A stretch of 64,000 bases of DNA. It comes from Gammaproteobacteria bacterium. Lineage in GTDB: Bacteria; Pseudomonadota; Gammaproteobacteria; Steroidobacterales; Steroidobacteraceae. The stretch's first letter is position 1, and each line of letters opens with the position of its first letter. Of the stretch, positions 37,835 to 48,098 are shown piece after piece. Location: contig JAXDQI010000256.1 in assembly GCA_034667965.1 (NCBI GenBank), positions 6,958 through 70,957 of the forward strand, read 5' to 3'. The translations under genes were made by a program, and so were the position numbers. The notes under the pieces were generated by a model. It was not told the origin of the DNA. It made no database searches and worked only from the letters and a program-made list of their open reading frames with translations.

Positions 37835-38296
37835 TCAATCCGTCTCCGTCGATACGGCGTTCAGGTGTTTAGGGTCGGGGGCGCGGAGGGCGGCGGCAAG
37901 CGTGTGCCAGCATAGGCTTGCGCATTTGACGCGCGCCGGAAACTCGCGGACGCCGGAAAGGGCGGCCAGCTTGCCGAGTTGGTCGCTGGGCGCGGCATCG
38001 TCGGTCAACAGGCCATGCACCCGATCGAACAAGGCGAGGGCTTCGGTGCGGGTCTTGCCCTTGACGGCTTCGGTCATCAGCGAAGCCGAGGCGGTCGATA
38101 TCGCGCATCCCTGGCCTTCGAAACGGATGTCCTCGATCGCGTCGCCCGCCATCTTGAGCTGCACCGTCAGTCGATCGCCGCACAGGGGATTGAAGCCTTC
38201 GACGCGCGCATCGGCGGGCTCGAGCACGCCGAAGTTCCGCGGTCGGCGGTTGTGATCGAGAATCACGTCTCGATAAAGATCATTCAACTCCATCAT
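37835..38296 (-). CDS. sufU: SUF-system NifU/IscU-like scaffold/sulfur-transfer protein SufU
   Basis: LYRDVILDHNRRPRNFG, NPLCGD, GCAISTASASLM. ATGA overlap with sufS. Confidence 0.8.
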   Translation of the reverse strand: MMELNDLYRDVILDHNRRPRNFGVLEPADARVEGFNPLCGDRLTVQLKMAGDAIEDIRFEGQGCAISTASASLMTEAVKGKTRTEALALFDRVHGLLTDDAAPSDQLGKLAALSGVREFPARVKCASLCWHTLAAALRAPDPKHLNAVSTETD

Positions 38297-39546
38297 GCCC
38301 TCGCGAACATCGACAGCGCGCGCCGTATGCCTGAGTTCAACCGGTCGATTTCCTCAAATGTGTTGTAGAACGCGAACGAGGCACGCGCGGTGGCCGGCAG
38401 CTTGAAGTACTCCATCACCGGCATGGCACAGTGATGGCCGGTACGGACGGCGATGCCGTCCTCATCGAGAATGGTGCCAAGGTCGTGCGGATGTACATCC
38501 GCCACCACGAAGGAGACCAGACTCGCTTTATCCCGCGCCGTGCCGACGGCGCGGAGGCCTTCGATCTTGCTCAACGTCTCGGACGCGTAAGCGAGCAGGG
38601 CGCGCTCATGGGCGTGCGCTCCCTCCCGGTCCATGGCACTCAGGTAGTCGATCGCCGCCCCCAACCCGATGGCGCCGGAGATATTGGGCGTGCCGGCCTC
38701 GAACTTGTAGGGCAGGGCGTTATAAGTCGTCTTGCCAAAGGTCACCGTCAGGATCATGTCGCCGCCGCCCTGCCAGGGCGGCATGCGCTCGAGCAACGAC
38801 TCACGGCCGTAGAGGATCCCGATGCCGGTGGGGCCGAACAACTTGTGCCCGGAAAACGCATAAAAGTCGCAACCCAGATCCTGGACGTCGACGGCCATGT
38901 GGGGGACCGCCTGCGCACCGTCGATGAGCGTCGTGATCCCGCGCGCCTTGGCGGCCGCCACCAATCGCCGCACGGGCAACACCGTTCCCAAGGCATTCGA
39001 GACATGAGCGCAGGCGAACAAGCGGGTGCGCTCGCTCATCAGCGCTTCGACGGCCTCGACGTGAACTTCGCCGTGCTCATCCATCGGGGCTACTTTAAGC
39101 GTAGCTCCGGTCTGTTCGCACACCATCTGCCAAGGGACGATATTCGCGTGATGTTCCAAATGGGTAATGAGGATCTCATCGCCGGTTTTCAGAATCGGCC
39201 GCAGGTAGCTTTGCGCGACCAGATTGATGGCCTCCGTCGTACCACGCACGAAGATGACCTCGTGCCGCGAGGCGGCATGCAGAAACGCGAGCACCTTGTC
39301 GCGCGCCGCCTCGTACAGCCCGGTCGCTTCCTGGCTGAGCGTATGCACGCCGCGGTGAATGTTGGCGTGGTGACGCCGCTCGTAGTCGTCGACCGCGTCG
39401 ATGACGGCGGTGGGCCGCTGCGCCGATGCTCCGTTGTCCAGATAGGCGAGCGGCTTGCCGCGAATCATGCGTGCAAGGACCGGAAAGTCCCTGCGCGCTG
39501 ACATCACGTCGAATCGAGAATCATTGACTAATGCTATGTTTTTCAT
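38293..39546 (-). CDS. sufS: Cysteine desulfurase SufS (class V aminotransferase, group II)
   Basis: 417 aa with FPVL...YLDNGASAQRP, the PLP Lys region (FSGHKLFGPTGIGILYG) and the active-site region (RTGHHCAMP). Confidence 0.9.
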   Translation of the reverse strand: MKNIALVNDSRFDVMSARRDFPVLARMIRGKPLAYLDNGASAQRPTAVIDAVDDYERRHHANIHRGVHTLSQEATGLYEAARDKVLAFLHAASRHEVIFVRGTTEAINLVAQSYLRPILKTGDEILITHLEHHANIVPWQMVCEQTGATLKVAPMDEHGEVHVEAVEALMSERTRLFACAHVSNALGTVLPVRRLVAAAKARGITTLIDGAQAVPHMAVDVQDLGCDFYAFSGHKLFGPTGIGILYGRESLLERMPPWQGGGDMILTVTFGKTTYNALPYKFEAGTPNISGAIGLGAAIDYLSAMDREGAHAHERALLAYASETLSKIEGLRAVGTARDKASLVSFVVADVHPHDLGTILDEDGIAVRTGHHCAMPVMEYFKLPATARASFAFYNTFEEIDRLNSGIRRALSMFARA

Positions 39547-40895
39547 CGAAATTTATTCAAAAGCTGTGAGTCCGGTAACTGCGCAATCAAGGCGTCCTCG
39601 ATCGCGGAACGGGCCGACGGAACCGACATATCGGTCAACACATCGGCAAGGAAGGCATATACCAGCAGGCTCTGCGCCGTCTCGCGGTCCAACCCGCGAG
39701 ACAGCATGTAGAACAGCATGTCCGGGTCGAGGCGGCCGGTGGTGGCGCCATGAGAACACTTCACCTCATCCGCATGAATCTGCAGCTGCGGCCGGGTATC
39801 GATCTCCGCGGTGGTCGACAGCAGGAGGCCGCGGCAGGACTGCTGCGACTCGGCGTCAACGGCGCCCGCATTGACCACGACCTTGCTGTTGAATACCACG
39901 CGGCTGGTGCCGCTGGCGATGGCCCGCGACGTCTGCCTGCTGCGCGTTTCGCGTGCGTTATGAGTCGCGATGTTCACGCAGTCCACATGGCGCGCTTCGT
40001 GTCCCACCAAGAGCGAATAGGCATCCAGATAGGCTCCGGGCTGGCTCAGATCGGCTTCGAGCGAGGTGCGCACCAGGCCGCCGCCCAACGCGATGGTGAA
40101 CTGTTTGCACAGGCTGTTGCCGCCCAACCGCAGGGTCAGGGAATCGATGTGCTCGGCGCCGGCGCTGGTCGCGAAAACACGGTAGTGCTCGAGCTTCGAA
40201 TCCCGGCCGGCCGCGATGTGAGTGGCCGAATTGCACAGCGGGCGATGGGTGCCCTGTTCCACGTAGTGCTCGATGATGGTGGCGCTTGAGCCCGGTACGG
40301 CGTCGATGATGACTCGTGGATGCGCAATGTGATTCGCGGCTTCGGCCGTCGACACGTGCAGGATGACCAAGGGAGTCTTCACCTTGCCGGTCACCTTGAG
40401 ATACAGGCCGTCCACAAAGAGCGCGGTGTTGATGAGCGCCCAGCGTGATTGATCGGCATCCGACAGCGGTTCGAGGTACCCCGCGACCAATGCGGGATCC
40501 GTTCGAGAAAGATCTCGTAAACTAGTGATTTCTATACCATTAAAGAATGCGTCTATCCCGTCCGGCAGCACCGGATGACCGTTGACCATGAGTACCGTCG
40601 CGGCCAGCTCGTCGACCCCCACCAATGACAGGGAAGCGCTGGGCTGCAACAAGGCCGGCGCGGTCGCCGGGGCATCGATAAAACCGTGCGACGTCAGGTG
40701 GCGCAGGTTCGTATAGCGCCACGTCTCGTCGCGAGTGGTGGGCAGGCCGAGCCGCATGACGCGCTGCATGGCGCTCTGGCGCAGAACCGTCAGGGGGTCC
40801 GACTGCGTCGAGTCACGTGCCAGCCATTGCGCCTCGAACGAGCGCAACGCGGGGGACAGCGGCGGAGCCGCCGCGGCGTGCGGTGCGGATGTCAT
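39543..40895 (-). CDS. sufD: Fe-S cluster assembly protein SufD
   Basis: It lies between sufC and sufS and has the C-terminal SufB/D signature (KCSHGATTGRLDPDMLFYMLSRGL). The start is set at ATG 40895, which overlaps the sufC stop as ATGA. The track ORF extends to 40922. Confidence 0.85.
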   Translation of the reverse strand: MTSAPHAAAAPPLSPALRSFEAQWLARDSTQSDPLTVLRQSAMQRVMRLGLPTTRDETWRYTNLRHLTSHGFIDAPATAPALLQPSASLSLVGVDELAATVLMVNGHPVLPDGIDAFFNGIEITSLRDLSRTDPALVAGYLEPLSDADQSRWALINTALFVDGLYLKVTGKVKTPLVILHVSTAEAANHIAHPRVIIDAVPGSSATIIEHYVEQGTHRPLCNSATHIAAGRDSKLEHYRVFATSAGAEHIDSLTLRLGGNSLCKQFTIALGGGLVRTSLEADLSQPGAYLDAYSLLVGHEARHVDCVNIATHNARETRSRQTSRAIASGTSRVVFNSKVVVNAGAVDAESQQSCRGLLLSTTAEIDTRPQLQIHADEVKCSHGATTGRLDPDMLFYMLSRGLDRETAQSLLVYAFLADVLTDMSVPSARSAIEDALIAQLPDSQLLNKFR

Positions 40896-41650
40896 GCGAC
40901 CCGGCTCTCCTGCTGCACCCAATCGTAGCCGCGTCGTTCGAGCTCCAAGGCGAGCGAGCGGTCGCCCGACTTCAGGATGCGGCCGCCGGAAAGTACATGG
41001 ACGTGGTCCGGCACGATGTAATCGAGAAGCCGTTGATAATGGGTGACCAGCACCACGGCACGGCTCTGATCGCGCAAGCTGTTCACGCCCATCGAGACGA
41101 TCTTGAGCGCATCGATGTCCAGGCCGGAGTCGGTTTCGTCGAGGATCGCGAGCTTGGGTTCCAGGACGAGCATCTGCAGGACTTCGTTGCGCTTCTTCTC
41201 GCCGCCGGAAAAGCCCTCGTTCACGCCGCGCGAGAGAAAGGACTCGCTCATCTGCATGAGCCTCATCTTCTGCTTGATGAGCGCCAGGAAGTCGTAGGCA
41301 TCCACTTCGGGCTGGCCGGCCGCCTTGCGCTTGGCATTGAGCGCGGCCTTCAGCAGGTACACGTTGTTCACACCCGGTATTTCGACGGGATATTGGAATC
41401 CCAGGAAGAGGCCGGCGCGCGCGCGCTCCTCGGCCGGCAGCGCGAGCAGATCCTGGCCCTCGAAGGCGACGGACCCGCCGGTCACTTCGTAGTCGGCGCG
41501 GCCCGCCAGCACCTGGGCGAGGGTGCTCTTGCCCGATCCGTTGGGTCCCATGATGGCGTGGACCTCGCCCGCTCTGACCGCGAGGTTGACACCTTTGAGG
41601 ATGTCCTTGCCCGCCACGCGGGCGCTCAAATCGGTAATTTTCAGCAACAT
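40892..41650 (-). CDS. sufC: Fe-S cluster assembly ATPase SufC
   Basis: MLLKITDLSARV..., Walker A (GPNGSGKST), LSGGEKKR. The start is set at the second ATG (AAGGA upstream). The track ORF starts at 41665. Confidence 0.9.
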   Translation of the reverse strand: MLLKITDLSARVAGKDILKGVNLAVRAGEVHAIMGPNGSGKSTLAQVLAGRADYEVTGGSVAFEGQDLLALPAEERARAGLFLGFQYPVEIPGVNNVYLLKAALNAKRKAAGQPEVDAYDFLALIKQKMRLMQMSESFLSRGVNEGFSGGEKKRNEVLQMLVLEPKLAILDETDSGLDIDALKIVSMGVNSLRDQSRAVVLVTHYQRLLDYIVPDHVHVLSGGRILKSGDRSLALELERRGYDWVQQESRVA

Positions 41651-41669
41651 CGTTCCTTTGTCCATGGGG

Positions 41670-43130
41670 TCAACCGACCGCGCCTTCCAGACTTACGCTC
41701 AATAAATTTTGCGCTTCCACCGCGAATTCCATCGGCAGCTCCTTGAACACCACCTTGCAGAAGCCGCTGACGATCATGTTGACCGCGTCCTCGGTGGAGA
41801 TGCCGCGCTGCAGGCAGTAGAACAGCTGATCCTCACCGATCTTCGACGTGCTGGCCTCGTGCTCGACCGTGGCGCTCGGATTCTTGACCTCCATGTAGGG
41901 GAAGGTGTGCGCGGCGCACTTCGGACCCATCAGCAAGGAGTCGCATTGCGTGAAGTTGCGGGCGCCTTCGGCGCTCGGCAAGATCTTCACGAGGCCGCGG
42001 TAGGTGTTCTCGGCATGACCCGCCGAGATTCCCTTGGAGACGATGGTGCTCTTGGTGTTGCGTCCGATGTGAATCATCTTGGTGCCGGTATCGGCCTGCT
42101 GATAATTGTTCGCGACTGCAACCGAATAGAACTCGCCGACCGAATTGTCGCCCTTGAGCACGCAGCTCGGGTATTTCCAAGTAATGGCGGAGCCGGTCTC
42201 CACCTGCGTCCAGGAAATCTTGGAATTGCGGCCGCGGCACTCGCCGCGCTTGGTGACGAAATTGTAAATTCCGCCGAGGCCGTTCTCGTCTCCGGGATAC
42301 CAGTTCTGCACCGTGGAATATTTGATCCGCGCATCGTCCAAGGCGACCAATTCGACCACCGCGGCATGCAATTGATTTTCATCCCGCATGGGTGCCGTGC
42401 AACCCTCGAGGTAACTCACGGAAGCCCCTTCGGCGGCGATGATCAAGGTCCGCTCGAACTGGCCCGTCTTGGCGGCGTTGATGCGGAAATACGTCGATAG
42501 TTCCATCGGGCAGCGCACGCCCGCCGGAACGTAGACGAAAGAGCCGTCCGAGAACACGGCCGAGTTGAGCGCGGCAAAGAAATTGTCGCCGGCCGGCACG
42601 ACGGTGCCGAGATAGCGTTCGATGAGATGCGGATGATCGCGAACCGCGTCGGAGAACGAGCAAAAGATGACGCCGGCCTTGCCAAGCTTGTCCTTGAACG
42701 TGGTCGCCACCGACACGCTGTCGAAGACCGCATCGACCGCGACGCCCGCCAACCGCGCACGTTCATGCAGCGGAATGCCGAGTTTGGCGTAGGTGGCCAG
42801 CAGCTTCGGATCGACTTCGTCGAGGCTCTTCGGCGCGTTCAAGGGCGCGCGCGGCGCCGAGTAGTAGGAAATGTCCTGATAGTCGATGGGCTTGTAGTGC
42901 ACGTGCGCCCAGACGGGCTCGCGCATCGTTTTCCAATGGCGGAATGCTTTCAAACGCCAATCGAGCAAGAATTGCGGTTCGTTCTTCTTGCGCGATATTG
43001 CGGTGACGACGTCCTCATCGAGTCCGGGCGGCAGACTGTCGGATTCGATGTCCGTGACGAATCCGTGCCGGTACTTCTGATTGATCAGGGCTTCAACATC
43101 TTGGGTTTTGCTGGACACGAGTACTTCCAA
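41670..43130 (-). CDS. sufB: Fe-S cluster assembly scaffold SufB
   Basis: 486 aa with highly characteristic SufB blocks ([52 protein letters not shown]). Confidence 0.95.
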   Translation of the reverse strand: MEVLVSSKTQDVEALINQKYRHGFVTDIESDSLPPGLDEDVVTAISRKKNEPQFLLDWRLKAFRHWKTMREPVWAHVHYKPIDYQDISYYSAPRAPLNAPKSLDEVDPKLLATYAKLGIPLHERARLAGVAVDAVFDSVSVATTFKDKLGKAGVIFCSFSDAVRDHPHLIERYLGTVVPAGDNFFAALNSAVFSDGSFVYVPAGVRCPMELSTYFRINAAKTGQFERTLIIAAEGASVSYLEGCTAPMRDENQLHAAVVELVALDDARIKYSTVQNWYPGDENGLGGIYNFVTKRGECRGRNSKISWTQVETGSAITWKYPSCVLKGDNSVGEFYSVAVANNYQQADTGTKMIHIGRNTKSTIVSKGISAGHAENTYRGLVKILPSAEGARNFTQCDSLLMGPKCAAHTFPYMEVKNPSATVEHEASTSKIGEDQLFYCLQRGISTEDAVNMIVSGFCKVVFKELPMEFAVEAQNLLSVSLEGAVG

Positions 43131-43141
43131 TGATCGGAACG

Positions 43142-43624
43142 TTACGATTCGGGGAGACTTAAGCGGGCGACGGGCGCGTGCGCCGGCTGGGCGGCGAGCG
43201 GCGCGAGGCGCACGTCGGCCGCATCCAAGCCGGCGAGTTGATGCAGCGTCACATCATCCAGGGCCCTGCGGATGGCGGCGTTCACCCGCTGCCAGCCACC
43301 GCCGACGCGGCACTGACGCTCGATGCCGCAGCGGCTCGATGCGCCGCTGCATTCGGTGATGGCGATGGGCCCCTCGAACACATCCAGGATCTGGGTCGCC
43401 GTGATATTCTCCGGCCGGCGAGCCAGTCTGTAGCCGCCGTGGGCGCCGCGCGACGAGATCACCATGCCGGCGCGCTGCAGGCCTTTCAGCACCTTGCTCA
43501 CCGTCGGACGGCTGAGCCGCGTGCTGTCGGCTAGATCCGCGGCGGCGCGGTGACGCGACGGATCTTGCGCTAGACTGGCGAGCACGACTGTCGCGTAGTC
43601 CGTCAATTTGCCCATTCGCAACAT
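43142..43624 (-). CDS. Rrf2-family SUF regulator (gammaproteobacterial suf_reg type)
   Basis: The N-terminal wHTH ([15 protein letters not shown]...[30 protein letters not shown]) is typical of Rrf2. It has a Cys cluster ([14 protein letters not shown]) and lies directly upstream of sufB. Confidence 0.8.
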   Translation of the reverse strand: MLRMGKLTDYATVVLASLAQDPSRHRAAADLADSTRLSRPTVSKVLKGLQRAGMVISSRGAHGGYRLARRPENITATQILDVFEGPIAITECSGASSRCGIERQCRVGGGWQRVNAAIRRALDDVTLHQLAGLDAADVRLAPLAAQPAHAPVARLSLPES

Positions 43625-43795
43625 ATGGATGTGTTTCCCATAAGGAAAGATGTGGGACCATTTTAGTCCTATTTGATGTCGAGGTCCACCCGCTTAGGCG
43701 GAGCAGAGTTGATTTTGTTATTCTCGGCGGATTATTTCACCGTAAGTTGCATCATCAGGTCGTATCACCATCGATAAGGAGCGAGAGACTTCCGA

Positions 43796-44818
43796 ATGAA
43801 CACCACAGAGTTAGCCGCGACCGCCCACGCGATGGTCGCGAACCGGCGAGGGATTTTGGCGGCGGACGAGAGCACCAGCACCATCGGCAAACGGTTCAGC
43901 ACCATCAAGCTGGAATCGACCGAGGAGAATCGGCGCCTGTACCGCGAATTATTGTTCACGGCGCCCGATGCGAGCCAATACATCAGCGGCGTCATTTTGT
44001 ACGACGAAACGATTCGGCAGAAGACCTCGGACGGCACGCCGTTCCCGACGTATCTGGCCCAGAACAAGATGGTCCCCGGCATAAAGGTTGATACCGGCGC
44101 CAAGCCCCTGGCGGGATTTCCGGGCGAAACCATCACCGAAGGCCTGGACGGCCTGCGAGAGCGGCTGGCCGAGTACTATAAATTGGGCGCACGGTTCGCG
44201 AAGTGGCGCGCCGTGATCGACATTGGATCCGGCATTCCCACCTCGTATGCAATCGACGCCAACGCCGCGGCGCTCGCGCGCTATGCCACTCTATGCCAGG
44301 AAGCGAGCATCGTGCCCATCGTGGAGCCCGAGGTATTGATGGACGGCGGCCATACGCTGGAGCGCTGCGAGGAAGTCACGAATGTCGTTCTGGACCGGGT
44401 TTTCTCGCATTTGTTTGCGGCCCGCGTCCACCTCGAAGGCATGATTCTCAAGCCGAACATGGTGATTGCGGGTAAGAAGTGCGCGCAGCGGGCGTCGCCG
44501 GAACAGGTGGCGGAGGCTACCCTGCGGACCTTGAGGCGCCAGGTGCCGTCCGCGGTGCCGGGCATCGCCTTCCTCTCGGGGGGGCAGAGTCCCACCGAGG
44601 CGACACTGCACTTGAGCCTCATGAATGCGGCCGGCGCGCTGCCGTGGGCGCTGAGCTTCAGTTATGGACGTGCTCTGCAGGAGAACGCGCTCAGTGCCTG
44701 GGGCGGGAAGACGGCGGCCTTTGCGGCGGGTCAGCAGGCGCTGGCGGTGCGTGCGAAGCTCAACAGCCTCGCTGCCGGCGGGACCTACAAGACTTCGATG
44801 GAAAAGTCCGTAGCATAA
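43796..44818 (+). CDS. fba: Class I fructose-bisphosphate aldolase
   Basis: 340 aa. GILAADESTSTIGKRF, ILYDETI, PGIKVDTG and LEGMILKPNMV match the class I (Schiff-base) aldolase pattern. AAGGAG lies upstream. Confidence 0.85.
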   Translation: MNTTELAATAHAMVANRRGILAADESTSTIGKRFSTIKLESTEENRRLYRELLFTAPDASQYISGVILYDETIRQKTSDGTPFPTYLAQNKMVPGIKVDTGAKPLAGFPGETITEGLDGLRERLAEYYKLGARFAKWRAVIDIGSGIPTSYAIDANAAALARYATLCQEASIVPIVEPEVLMDGGHTLERCEEVTNVVLDRVFSHLFAARVHLEGMILKPNMVIAGKKCAQRASPEQVAEATLRTLRRQVPSAVPGIAFLSGGQSPTEATLHLSLMNAAGALPWALSFSYGRALQENALSAWGGKTAAFAAGQQALAVRAKLNSLAAGGTYKTSMEKSVA

Positions 44819-44839
44819 GCTCAAGAATAATCCCCACGA

Positions 44840-44864
44840 GGCTCCGCACGATTGGTGCGGAGCC
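44840..44864 (+). terminator. 10-bp perfect stem-loop after fba (GGCTCCGCAC-gattg-GTGCGGAGCC)
   Basis: Read directly. It has no T-tract, so its role as a terminator or RNA-stability element is inferred. It overlaps the earliest possible mlaF start (TTG 44852), which argues for a later mlaF start. Confidence 0.4.
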
Positions 44865-45694
44865 CCTCCGGCACACCATTGAACCAAGATTCCCCCGTCG
44901 TCGAGATCCGAAAGTTAGGCTATGCCGTCGGCGGCCGCCCGATCTTCGACGGCCTCGACATGGACATCCCGCGCGGCAAGGTCACCGCCGTCATGGGGCC
45001 GAGCGGCACCGGGAAGACCACATTGCTGCGGCTCATCACCGGCCAGGTTCGCGCCGACACCGGCTCGATCAGTGTGGCGGGAGAAGACCTGCGCACCTTG
45101 AAGCGCGCGGACTTGTACGTCCTGCGCCGGCGCATGGGCATGCTGTTTCAAAACGGTGCATTGCTGACCGATTTGAGCGTCTTCGAGAATGTTGCGTTTC
45201 CGATCCGCGAGCATACCGATCTGCCCGAGCGGCTCATCCGCCAGTTGGTGTTGACCAAATTGGAAGCGGTCGGTTTACGGGGCGCCGCCGACCTGATGCC
45301 CGCGGAACTCTCCGGAGGAATGAGCCGTCGAGTGGCTCTGGCGCGGGCCATCGTCATGGATCCGGAAATCCTCATCTACGATGAACCGTTCGTGGGTCTC
45401 GATCCGATCTCGATGGGTGTGATCCTGCGGCTCATTCGCCGCTTGAACGACACGCTGGGGTTGACCAGCATCGTGGTCTCGCACGACGTGCAGGAAATCT
45501 CCACGGTCTCCGACAATGTGTTCCTGTTGTCCGCGGGCAAGGTGGTCGCGCGCGGCTCGCCGCAGGAACTCAGGGAAAGTACGTCGGAAGTGGTGCGGCA
45601 ATTCGTCGGCGGTCTGCCCGACGGACCGGTCGCATTTCACTATCCGGCTTCCGACTATTTCGACCAGCTTCTGGCGCGCGGCGAGGACCATTGA
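44852..45694 (+). CDS. mlaF: Phospholipid ABC transporter ATP-binding protein MlaF
   Basis: Collinear with E. coli MlaF (GPSG.GKTTLLRLI.GQ, LSGGM.RR.ALARAI, DGPV.F.YPA.DY). The start is uncertain (alternative TTG near 44879). Confidence 0.9.
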   Translation: MVRSPSGTPLNQDSPVVEIRKLGYAVGGRPIFDGLDMDIPRGKVTAVMGPSGTGKTTLLRLITGQVRADTGSISVAGEDLRTLKRADLYVLRRRMGMLFQNGALLTDLSVFENVAFPIREHTDLPERLIRQLVLTKLEAVGLRGAADLMPAELSGGMSRRVALARAIVMDPEILIYDEPFVGLDPISMGVILRLIRRLNDTLGLTSIVVSHDVQEISTVSDNVFLLSAGKVVARGSPQELRESTSEVVRQFVGGLPDGPVAFHYPASDYFDQLLARGEDH

Positions 45695-46458
45695 CCATCC
45701 TCAAAGAGCTGTGGCGAAGTCTGATCGACTCGTTGGTCGGATTGGGCGCGGTGGTCCGCTTCCTGCTGCGGATGATCGTCGTCACTCCAAGCGCGCTGTT
45801 GCGGTTCGATCTGATCGTCCAGCAGGTTTTCAATTCGGGTGCACTGTCACTGGTCATCATCATGCTGTCCGGCCTGTTCGTCGGCATGGTCCTTGGACTT
45901 CAGGGATTCCAGCTTCTGCAGCGATTCGGCTCCGAAGACTCGTTGGGGATCGCAGCGGCCATCGGGCTGGTCAAGGAGCTGGGGCCCGTGGTCACCGCGT
46001 TGTTGTTCGCGGGACGTGCGGGAACCGCTCTGGCTTCCGAGCTGGGATTGATGCGCGCCACCGATCAATTGTCGGCCATGGAGATGATGGCGGTGGATCC
46101 GATCACCCGCGTCGTGGTGCCGCGCTTCCTGGGCGGCGTCATTGCGATGCCGTTGCTCGCGGCCATCTTCAGCTTGATCGGCATTTACGGCGCGCAGCTC
46201 ATCGGTGTGCAGATCATGGGCGTCGATTCCGGCAGCTTCTGGTCGCAGATGCGCGGCGGTGTGGGTCTTGCCGACATCAATGAAGGCATCGTCAAAAGCG
46301 TGATTTTCGGAGTCGCCTGCAGCCTGATTGCGGTGTTCGAGGGCTACTATGCGACGCCGACGGCGGCGGGGGTGGGAACGGCGACCACGCGCACGGTGGT
46401 CACGTCGGCCGTGGTGGTCCTGTTTCTGGATTATTTGCTGACGGCAGCATTTCTGTAA
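45691..46458 (+). CDS. mlaE: Phospholipid ABC transporter permease MlaE
   Basis: 255 aa polytopic membrane protein with the MlaE pattern (ELGPVVTALLFAGRAGTALASELG.M..T.Q..AM..M.VDP). It overlaps mlaF by 4 nt. Confidence 0.9.
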   Translation: MTILKELWRSLIDSLVGLGAVVRFLLRMIVVTPSALLRFDLIVQQVFNSGALSLVIIMLSGLFVGMVLGLQGFQLLQRFGSEDSLGIAAAIGLVKELGPVVTALLFAGRAGTALASELGLMRATDQLSAMEMMAVDPITRVVVPRFLGGVIAMPLLAAIFSLIGIYGAQLIGVQIMGVDSGSFWSQMRGGVGLADINEGIVKSVIFGVACSLIAVFEGYYATPTAAGVGTATTRTVVTSAVVVLFLDYLLTAAFL

Positions 46459-46469
46459 GGGGCATCGTT

Positions 46470-46997
46470 ATGCGCAAGTCCAATACACTGAACCTCGGAA
46501 CCGGAGCATTCGTGGTGCTCGGATTTGCCGCGTTGCTCTTCCTGACGACTCAGACCACCACCCGCGGCATCTCGTTCGGCAGTCCCCCGCACTACGACGT
46601 GACCGCAAAATTCGACAACGTCGGGGATCTTCGGGTGGGCGCTCCCGTTTCGATGTCGGGCGTGGAAATCGGCCGCGTCGTGAAGATCGATTTCGACACC
46701 AAGGAATACAAGGCGGTCGTGCAGATGCGGCTGAACGCAAAATACAGCCAGATTCCGACGGACAGCGACGCGGCCATCTATACTCAGGGACTGTTGGGCG
46801 GCAAGTTCGTCGGGCTGACCGCGGGGGGCGCTGAAACCTATCTGAAGGATAAGGATCAAATAGATTTCACGCAGTCCGCGTTCGTGCTCGAGAATCTGAT
46901 CGGCCAGTTCCTGGCGAATTTTGCGAAGGGCTCGGGGCAGTCGAGTCCCCCGCCTTCCAAACCAGACTCGCAGACCGCAACGGAGAAGACCAAATGA
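46470..46997 (+). CDS. mlaD: MCE-domain protein MlaD
   Basis: N-terminal TM plus an MCE domain (Y.V.A.F.NVG.L..GAPV...GV.IGRV). Confidence 0.85.
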   Translation: MRKSNTLNLGTGAFVVLGFAALLFLTTQTTTRGISFGSPPHYDVTAKFDNVGDLRVGAPVSMSGVEIGRVVKIDFDTKEYKAVVQMRLNAKYSQIPTDSDAAIYTQGLLGGKFVGLTAGGAETYLKDKDQIDFTQSAFVLENLIGQFLANFAKGSGQSSPPPSKPDSQTATEKTK

Positions 46998-47704
46998 AAC
47001 CCATCCTGGTGAGTCGATCGAGCGCCGCCTTGAAGGCGATCGCCTGTTTGTCGTTCATGGCGCTCGCCCTGGCCGCGACGGCAAACGCGCAGGCTCCCGC
47101 CGCGACGTCGCCGGCGGCTGCCGCACCCCCGGCCAACACGCTGGGGCCGCAGGAACTGGTGGAGAACTCGGCAAAACGCATGTTGGCGGAATTGGATAAG
47201 AACCGGCCGGTGTATGCGAAAGATCCGGCCAAGCTCGATGCGTTGGTGGCGAACGTGTTGCTGCCGAACTTCGACAGCGAATACTCCGCGAGGCTGGTGC
47301 TGGGTCAGACATGGCGCACCGCGACGCCCGATCAGCGAAAACGCTTCGTCGATGCGTTCTACCATTCGCTGTTGCGCAACTACGGCACGGCGCTGCTCAA
47401 CTTCACAGCCGACCGCTTCGTCATCCTGCCTTACAAGGGCGACCCGGCCGATGCGACCGCGACCGTGCGTACCGAAGTGAAGAAGTCCTCCGGCGAGAGT
47501 GTGCCGGTGAATTTCAGTCTCCGCAAAACCGAGGCGGGGTGGAAGGCATGGGACGTCGTCATCGAGGGAATTTCCTACGTCAAGAGCTTCCGCACGGATA
47601 TCGGAGCCGAGGTCCAACAGAAGGGTCTCGATGAGGTCATCAACCGCCTGGAGGCGGACGGCAAGGTTCGCGCCAATAGCACCGCGCCGGGAACGGGCGC
47701 GTGA
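46994..47704 (+). CDS. mlaC: Periplasmic phospholipid-binding protein MlaC (Ttg2D/toluene-tolerance family)
   Basis: Signal peptide, then F.....A..VLG..WR.A...Q...F...F...L...Y. It is in the mla operon. Confidence 0.8.
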   Translation: MKPILVSRSSAALKAIACLSFMALALAATANAQAPAATSPAAAAPPANTLGPQELVENSAKRMLAELDKNRPVYAKDPAKLDALVANVLLPNFDSEYSARLVLGQTWRTATPDQRKRFVDAFYHSLLRNYGTALLNFTADRFVILPYKGDPADATATVRTEVKKSSGESVPVNFSLRKTEAGWKAWDVVIEGISYVKSFRTDIGAEVQQKGLDEVINRLEADGKVRANSTAPGTGA

Positions 47705-48015
47705 AGAAATCCCGGAACGGCATCGCGACATTCGAAGCCCCGGAGGGTGAGCGGTCGCGAGTCGTGGGGTCGCTTGAATTCGCGACGGTCGCGAAATTGC
47801 TGCCATTGGGCACGGCTGCCATCGAAAGCGGTCACGCTGCGGTCATCGATCTGGGCGGGGTGACGGACAGCGACAGTTCAGGACTCGCCCTGCTCATCGA
47901 ATGGCTGAGCATCGCGAAGGAAGCGGGGCGTTCGTTGCGCTACGAGAATATGCCCACGCAATTGCATCAGCTCGCCAGCTTGAGCGAGGTCGAGGGATTG
48001 TTCACCGCCAACTGA
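47701..48015 (+). CDS. mlaB: STAS-domain protein MlaB
   Basis: 104 aa STAS pattern (VIDLGGVTDSDSSGLALLIEW). It is the last gene of mlaFEDCB. Confidence 0.75.
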   Translation: MKKSRNGIATFEAPEGERSRVVGSLEFATVAKLLPLGTAAIESGHAAVIDLGGVTDSDSSGLALLIEWLSIAKEAGRSLRYENMPTQLHQLASLSEVEGLFTAN

Positions 48016-48077
48016 GGGTCGCGCTATTACTCGGCGCTCCTGCGCCTCGCCCTACGGGCCGCCGCGTGCGCGGCGTT

Positions 48078-48098
48078 CAACTCGGCCTGCGGCCGAGT
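48078..48098. terminator. 9-bp perfect hairpin (AACTCGGCC-tgc-GGCCGAGTT) between convergent mlaB and mlaA
   Basis: Read directly (coordinates +/-1). It abuts the mlaA stop codon. A bidirectional terminator role is inferred. Confidence 0.45.
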